DNA of 39,868 nt, from positions 2,362,919 through 2,402,786 of the forward strand of contig NW_019091361.1 in NCBI RefSeq assembly GCF_001949145.1, read 5' to 3'. Origin of the DNA: Acanthaster planci. Lineage: Eukaryota. Shown here in pieces: positions 33,801-39,868 of the stretch (positions are counted from its first letter, which is position 1; every line of letters begins with the position of its first letter). The position numbers were made by a program, and so were the translations under genes. The notes below the pieces were generated by a model. That model made no database searches, was not told where the DNA came from, and worked only from the letters and a program-made list of their open reading frames with translations.

Positions 33801-36800
33801 TGGATTACTGTAGGGCTGAGTCAATTCAAATAATTTACTATTCGAATATTCAACCTTAAATTTGATCAAATATATCCGAATATTCGGTCACACAGACCAG
33901 TAGATTGTTTATGAACAAACCATACGCATAATCAGTTACAATAACGCACACAGTACGCACATTATAATCAATATAATTGGTTAATTTTTGCTTGTACAGA
34001 GAAAAGATTCTTGCTGATCTCGACAAGAAGATGAGCTCTAGCTTGGACGTCAACAATGACACATTCCTTCTGATGGCAGCATCCATCTACTATCATGAAG
34101 AGGTGGGAAAGACTGCTTGACAGCATGTTGTAGGGTCAAAGGTCTGTCATGATTATCCATTGGAGCACATTCATCTAATGGTCAAAGGAGTTTATTGCTA
34201 AAAGAGGTGGGAAAAGTGACCAACATGATGAGGAATTATATGCATGTTGGCCTTTGGGTGAAAGTTCTAATTCAGTTTGACAGAAAGTTCTGCTTGCCCG
34301 GCTGTTTGCTCGGGAAAATCATCAACTTGAAAGAATTGCAGTGAAGCAGGAGTCCCTCGCACTTTTTTTCCCCAGAACTTTGATGCTGCCTTGAGGTGCC
34401 TCCACCAGTCTGAGTCTCTTGAATGGTGAGTTTGTCACTCTTTAGGATGCCAGTCTATAAAATGTCAGCGTCTCAAATTGAGTACACATTCCGTCTCTTT
34501 TGGAAGCCACACTGTGACTGTAGTTATTGTCAACAAAGGAAGCATTTGTCGGAGCTTAGCTGTGCCCACTTCAGACAGGCTAGTTCATTTGCTTGTTCCA
34601 GTAAACTTTCAAAACCAGAAGTTCCTCATTAAGCTAGAGCCAAGAGTAGCGCTGAAGGAGTTGCAGCATTACATGTATATCCAGCTTCTTATCAGTGCTG
34701 TCCAAATGACTGATCTTTTGAAACAAGCAAAAGTTGCACATTGAGGAATCGAGAGTGATATTCAAAATGATTGTAACTTGCCACCAACAAACGGGTTCCT
34801 CCCCCCTCCATATTCCAGCCTAGCCCTGACCATTCAGACCTGCCTCAGGATAGATAGAGTTGACCTCGCCAAGAAGGAACTCAAGAAGATGCAGGAGAAG
34901 GATGACGATGCCACACTGACGCAGATGGCCCAGGCATGGTTCAACCTGGCTGTGGTGAGTGTGTTGGTTCAACGTTAGCCATTGCAATTGAATTAAGGTG
35001 CTCGGGATACTGGTGTAAAAGTGGCTTGTGAGTGAGTACCAAAATACCTATTACCTTTGACATGAAATTGACAGGACAGTAAGTTCTTGAGGTTGTTATG
35101 ACAGATTATGGGACAATGTTCATGATTCTTTACCCTTGTCAAATCTCGGCTGTGTCTGAGATTTATGTCTTTGTTTCAACTTCCACAATCGGCTCTACTG
35201 CTGTAATGAGATCAAAGTATTCAGATTGGCCTCTCATCAGCGAGTTTGTGTAGCAGAAAATGACGTCCAGTTTGGCCTGAAGATTTAACCTTTAGGCGAT
35301 CAAATTAGTGCAGTTTAAGCATGAAACCAAAGAAAAGAGATGAAGTGGAATCTGTGTTCTTTGATACCCTTTCAAGGGAGGTGAGAAGCTTCAAGATGCA
35401 TTCTACATCTTCCAAGAGCTTGCCGATAAAAATGCCAGTACGCCACTTCTCCTGAACGGCCAGGCAACTGCATACCTGCAGCAGGGCAAGATAGAAGACG
35501 CAGAAAGTATACTGCAGGAAGCTTTAGAAAAGGTGAGTGAATGCTACCCGCAGTGCAGCCGTTAGCCCTCAACCCAACCCCCCCTCCCTTGCAGTGGTAG
35601 GGCTAGAAGTCAGGCGTGTCAGAGAAGCCAGCAACAGTGGTCAAAATTTGGAAACTTGCCACAAGATTCAAGAGATCAGCTGTCTCGTGGCCAGATGGAC
35701 TCGGAGTCTGAGGATGTCCACCACCACTGGATCCAAGTGTTTGACCGAGCTCCCGTTGTCTTACATGTTTATGCTGATGCCATTGACTGGCCAATAGTAG
35801 AGGTTATTCACATGTCATAACATGACGGGCAAAAGCATTTCAAGAAGTGTACCATGTCCATGGAGGTGCGGGCATTTTTTAATCTGGGTATTTCTGTTAG
35901 CAATCTCATGTATACCAGAATGTTGAGAGACTTAGAAGGCGTGTGCACTTTAAATTGAACACTGACCGTCAAAAATCATTTGAGTGAAAATCCTCTATAC
36001 AAGGTTGCGCATAGTAGTTCTACATCTTGTTCTCTTCGTCCGGGTTGGAGTCGTAATACACCTAGATAACATTGTCTGTGTCTGGTGATGCTTTTAACCT
36101 CTCATCCCTTTCAAAACGGAGGTAGCCAATAAAAGCTTTGCACAAATTGCTTTTGGACCAGTAAATTGTGCAAGATTTAAAGGCCTTCGAAAGTAATGAT
36201 ATTGTGGGAATAAACCAGATGAACGCAAAAATTTCTGGAGCCTTTCCTCAAGAGAATTCTTAGGTGAAATTGAGAACGCCCCGCTGCATTAGATGGAAAG
36301 CCTAAAAATTGTAATAACGGTCTGTACAAGTGTAAAGTGGTGACTGCCACTCCCAATGGAATTTTGTTATTATCCTTACACCTGTTGCAACAGTTTTACT
36401 TCCGAAAGGCTGCCAGGCTCTTTAGCTGTAATATCTACTCACCTAGCATGGAAACAATTCTGAATGTCTTTTATTTGGACACTTTCATCCTTGTAGGATA
36501 GCAACAACCCAGAAAGTCTTATCAACATGATTGTCCTGTCCCAACATCTTGGCAAGGCGCCAGAGGTAAGCCATTACCTAGTCCAGCTCTGTGTCCAGGC
36601 CAAAAACATGAGTATTCCAGTTAAAAACCCTCACTCCCTAGGGGGTTCCCCAGGCCTTTGCTGCTAAATCCAACCAAGTTCAACGGTGACTCATTTTAGT
36701 TTCCTGCTCCATCCAGCGGAGTGCAACCTTGGGAGTTGCTGGGGAATTAAACAAAACAAAATACTTACCTGCTCAATCCAACAGGATCCAACAGAATCCA

Positions 36801-39387
36801 ACCGTGTCGCACAGTGCAGTTGCCGGCTGAACCCAACAGGATGTAACTGCCCATGTTATTAGTTATCTGCTGAGTCCAACAGAGTCCAACTTGGCAGGAC
36901 TTTGTTGTTTACTGAGTCTAATAGACATCAACTGTCTCACACGTGTCTGTTACTGTTTCTATTCTATATCTTTTTTGTTTCTTTCTTTTACTTTATCTTT
37001 TCTTTTTTGTGTTTTTATTTTTGTCTTTATCTTTTCTTTGTCTTTTTCTTTTCTTGGTTTTGTTTGTTGATAATCCCCAGCATTGTGTACCAGTAATCAA
37101 AACAAGGCACAACAGGGAATCCAACGGGGTCCACCTGCATGCATGTTCCCATTCAGTTGCCTGCTGAATCCCACCAGATCCAACTGTGTACACATTCTGT
37201 TACCTGCTGAATCCAACTGGATCTAACATGAAAATGTACAAGCCTTTACTGCTGAATCCAACAGGCTCCATCGGCAGTGTGGAATGGTTGGAACCTGTTG
37301 GATTCAGCAGGGTTAGGGATAAATTATCAAGCTAAAATCTTCTGCCCATTTATTTCACAAGTTCAACCAGACAGCATATAATGTTTTGTACACTAACAAG
37401 AAGGTGAACTGTCTGTGGAGGCAAAGTGTGTTGAGCTTGAACTCCTGGACCCTAGAGTCAGTACTGTAGTAGAGTACTTTTCCATGAGTACAAGTACTTT
37501 CCCATGAGTACAAGTACTTTTCCATGAGTACAAGTACTTTTCCATGAGTACAAGTACTTTTCCATGAGTTCAAATACTTTTCCGTGAGTACGAGTATGAG
37601 TACATTGGTTTGAGTAGGAGGAATTTTTTCTTGAGAGTTTGAGTATATTTTCATGAGTATGAGTATAGAGAAGAAGTACTCTAAGTACATGAGTACAAGT
37701 TCTACAAGCAGAAAATAAGCGAGTTATTGTGATGGTAGCACACAGGCAAGTAGAATGAACAATGTGCGAACTGTTTTGGCTAATGGCCACATTTTTAATT
37801 CATCGTATGTGCATTAGTACTGTAAGCAGAACACATGGGTGTTAGGAAGTTTTGTTTTTACTTGACAGGGCTATCAGGTTATGACCTCATTGTTGATACC
37901 ATGAAATCCCCGGATGTGGCTTTTCTTTATGTTAGTTATGGAGCTAAATCAACTGGATGCTGCCTTCACTGAAAGCCCTGACTAGGTGCTCGAGTATAGG
38001 TACTTTTCCACTTTGGTACGAGTACAAGGAAACTTCTTGAGAGTACGAGTACATTTTCATGAGTACGAGTACAGTAAAAAGTACTCGTGCACGAGTACTA
38101 CAACACTACCTAGGATATTGCAAAATATAAAGTTTGGTTTAGAATTATGGTGCAAATATTGTTCAAATGACCCTGTCAAGTCAGTGTAAGTGGCATTTGT
38201 TTGCATGTAACAGAAGTTGGCTGCTGTGTTGCCTGCCTTTTTTTGAAAGTTGAAATTTTTGGCCGAAATAATATGTAACGGCAACGGCAAAGAGTGAAGT
38301 GCGTTTACACTTCTTGTGTTGACGTACACGGTTCACCTGTGCATATTGGAAAACACATACCAGGGAAGATGGAATTGTGCCCAGCAACAAAAGCCAAGGC
38401 GACCAGCTCCAAGGCGTGGGGTGGGGATTAGTCAAGAAGTGAGAGTTCTTATCTTGTTAGCTCAGGTGTAGTCTTATCACGATGAGGCTCCTTGCATGCA
38501 AGATGTGCTCCTGGTTGACAGTGATGTGTGGCATGGTGCGGTCTTTAGGGGTACTTAGGCACGGAATCTGTGTGCCTTTCATGCTGGTAAATCAACCTTT
38601 TTTTTTTTTTTATCTTGCTAACCGCCAGCATCTCCATGATGATTGATCAGATTTCACTGCACTTTAGTCTTGGGTAGGAGGACGTTAGCATTCAAGGGAT
38701 GATGTGATCAATGAAATATGTGGCACATTAGGCTTGGGCACAATTTTGAAATGGTGAATGCTGCAAAAGTTGCTTAACTTGTAGCCAATGAATTCTGACC
38801 GTTGCTAATATGATACTTGAAGCAAATTGGATGTCATAAAACCTTCACGGCCAGATTCCTCAAAATGAGTCTGAAGCCATTTTTTCTTAGTGATCTGGTT
38901 GTTGTTTTCATCAAGAACACCAAAGTGGACTCTTTGTTTGGATGCATCACTCAAGTTAGCATCCTCATAAAAACGGACGTTATGTGGTTGAAAAATTGTC
39001 GAGGTCTCCTATATGTTAACTTTGTAAAGGATTCTTTCAAAGGCCTTTAATTCAAAAGTATCCCTGGCAACTAGATGTTCATTTACATTTTATGATCCAA
39101 CTTTTGTGATTGAGCTGCGTGTGTGCAAATGCCATGACATTGCAAGTTTGCCATTAGCAGCAAATGCAGTTTTTATTTGCCATTTAACGTGTCTCAAGTG
39201 TATCTACTCTTGGTTGATATTTATCATTGCACAATGCACAGTTTTTTTTAACTCCTGCAGTTTTGTCATGCGCTGAACGTTTTCAGTCTCTCTGTGCTCT
39301 TTACTTGCCCAGGTCAGCAACAGATATATCTCCCAATTGAAGGATTCCCATGCGAGTCACCCATTCCTTAAGGATTACCTTGCTAAG
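30717..39387 (+). CDS. COPE: Coatomer subunit epsilon (epsilon-COP), 3'-incomplete
   Basis: Exons 30717-30815, 32369-32431, 33319-33419, 34000-34102, 34376-34425, 34819-34954, 35377-35532, 36497-36565, 39313-39387 give 284 codons with no stop; all introns GT-AG. Peptides [69 protein letters not shown] and [13 protein letters not shown] match COPE. Confidence 0.96.
30928..31551. mobile_element. Non-autonomous long-TIR DNA transposon (Mutator/MULE-like by TSD length) in COPE intron 1
   Basis: About 170-bp imperfect inverted arms (30928-31101 and 31382-31551; termini TAGCCCCAC / GTGGGGCTA); perfect 9-bp direct repeat ACGTCCGCC at 30919-30927 and 31552-31560. Confidence 0.85.
32369..32431 (+). 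CDS. COPE: COPE exon 2
   Basis: tttag|[21 protein letters not shown]|gtaag. Confidence 0.93.
33319..33419 (+). CDS. COPE: COPE exon 3
   Basis: aacag|[33 protein letters not shown]|gtac. Confidence 0.95.
34000..34102 (+). CDS. COPE: COPE exon 4
   Basis: tacag|[34 protein letters not shown]|gtggg. Confidence 0.93.
34376..34425 (+). CDS. COPE: COPE exon 5
   Basis: cccag|[16 protein letters not shown]|gtgag. Confidence 0.93.
34819..34954 (+). CDS. COPE: COPE exon 6
   Basis: tccag|[45 protein letters not shown]|gtgagt. Confidence 0.95.
35377..35532 (+). CDS. COPE: COPE exon 7
   Basis: tcaag|[30 protein letters not shown]...LQEALEK|gtgagt. Confidence 0.95.
36497..36565 (+). CDS. COPE: COPE exon 8
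   Basis: tgtag|[23 protein letters not shown]|gtaag. Confidence 0.95.
36767..37313. mobile_element. Non-autonomous TIR element with dispersed internal CTGCTGAATCCAACAGG repeats
   Basis: Left ACCTGCTCAATCCAACAGGATCC versus right GGAACCTGTTGGATTCAGCAGGGT; about 8 direct copies of the motif; T-rich core at about 36960-37065. Confidence 0.6.
37473..37592 (+). repeat. 20-bp minisatellite (AGTACTTTTCCATGAGTACA), about 6 copies
   Basis: Directly visible tandem array. Related GAGTAC-rich sequence continues to about 37705 and recurs at 37983-38108 (ending CGAGTACTACAACACTA); probably one MITE-like family. Confidence 0.85.
39313..39387 (+). CDS. COPE: COPE exon 9
   Basis: cccag|[25 protein letters not shown]|gttagt. 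Confidence 0.95.
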
Positions 39388-39769
39388 GTTAGTTTCCCAT
39401 AGTTCCTCCTTACTCTCCTTAGAATATTTAAATCTGATCATGTAATTCAAGAAGTATTCAAGAAGAAAAGTGAAAAGCCCCATTTTGGGAGCAAGAGGGT
39501 TTTTTTTTACCAAGTAACAATTTCCCTGGGCTGAGACAAAGCATGCTTCTGCATGCATTAACATGTCTGGAGCAGAGTTTGCACAAGTCAGTTACAGATC
39601 TGCCCCCCCCCCTGCCTCTTCCCTTCAGCAAATGGCTACTGTTAAAATCCCAGTAAAGTTAGACCCAGATAATAATGAAATACTGTAATGTCCAAGTTTA
39701 TTCTTTCTGTGTTAAGAATACTGAAAAAAAAAGCATCCAAGATCCTTCTCTTTTCCAGGAGGCCTATCC

Positions 39770-39868
39770 CAGAGCCCCCTTCCCAGCAGGCATAATTCAG
39801 AGCCCCCCTCCCAGCAGGCATAATTCAAAGCCCCCTTCCCAGCAGGCATAACTCAGAGCCCCCTTCCC
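39770..39868 (+). repeat. 28-bp minisatellite (CAGAGCCCCCTTCCCAGCAGGCATAATT), at least 3.5 copies, truncated by the window end
   Basis: Units start at 39770, 39798, 39826 and 39854. Confidence 0.9.

Noticed and set aside
36566..36667. Read-through of the COPE exon 8 donor gives VSHYLVQL, resembling the next exon VSNRYISQL
   Set aside because: The true exon exists at 39313-39387; the initial VS follows from the gtaag donor itself, so this is likely coincidence.
36767..37592. CRISPR-like appearance of the repeats
   Set aside because: Animal intron, degenerate repeats, irregular or absent spacers, no cas genes.
37355..37790. 110-aa ORFs with repeated [15 protein letters not shown]
   Set aside because: Translations of the 20-bp minisatellite.
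38637..38800. Intronic box C (ATGATGA) as a possible C/D snoRNA, also at 34225
   Set aside because: No appropriately spaced box D with a terminal stem.

Overview
Eukaryotic (invertebrate-type animal) genomic DNA with GT-AG introns; no prokaryotic operons, CRISPR arrays or rRNA/tRNA genes were found. Two spliced genes lie head-to-head. (1) Minus strand: a tubulin polyglutamylase of the TTLL6/TTLL13 clade, CDS 25803->10288, with 17 core exons (about 1010 aa) and two candidate optional exons. (2) Plus strand: coatomer subunit epsilon (COPE), ATG at 30717, with 9 coding exons through 39387; the last exon is probably beyond the window. Introns and flanks carry several non-autonomous DNA transposons: a hAT MITE with 8-bp TSD, a long-TIR element with 9-bp TSD, Tc1/mariner-type MITEs, subterminal-repeat elements and minisatellites. 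The main oddities are in the TTLL gene: a 1-nt deletion that frameshifts coding exon 3; Leu (EVNLSPS, as in the initiase TTLL5) in place of the elongase His (EVNHSPS) while the elongase C-Q motif is kept; an acidic N-terminus containing an alpha-tubulin-tail-like VEGEG; and a strong-Kozak uORF. The palindrome TACATGTA is also strongly over-represented. All gene models were read by hand from splice signals, phase continuity and remembered family sequences; no database search was run. I found no convincing wholly new multi-gene system.
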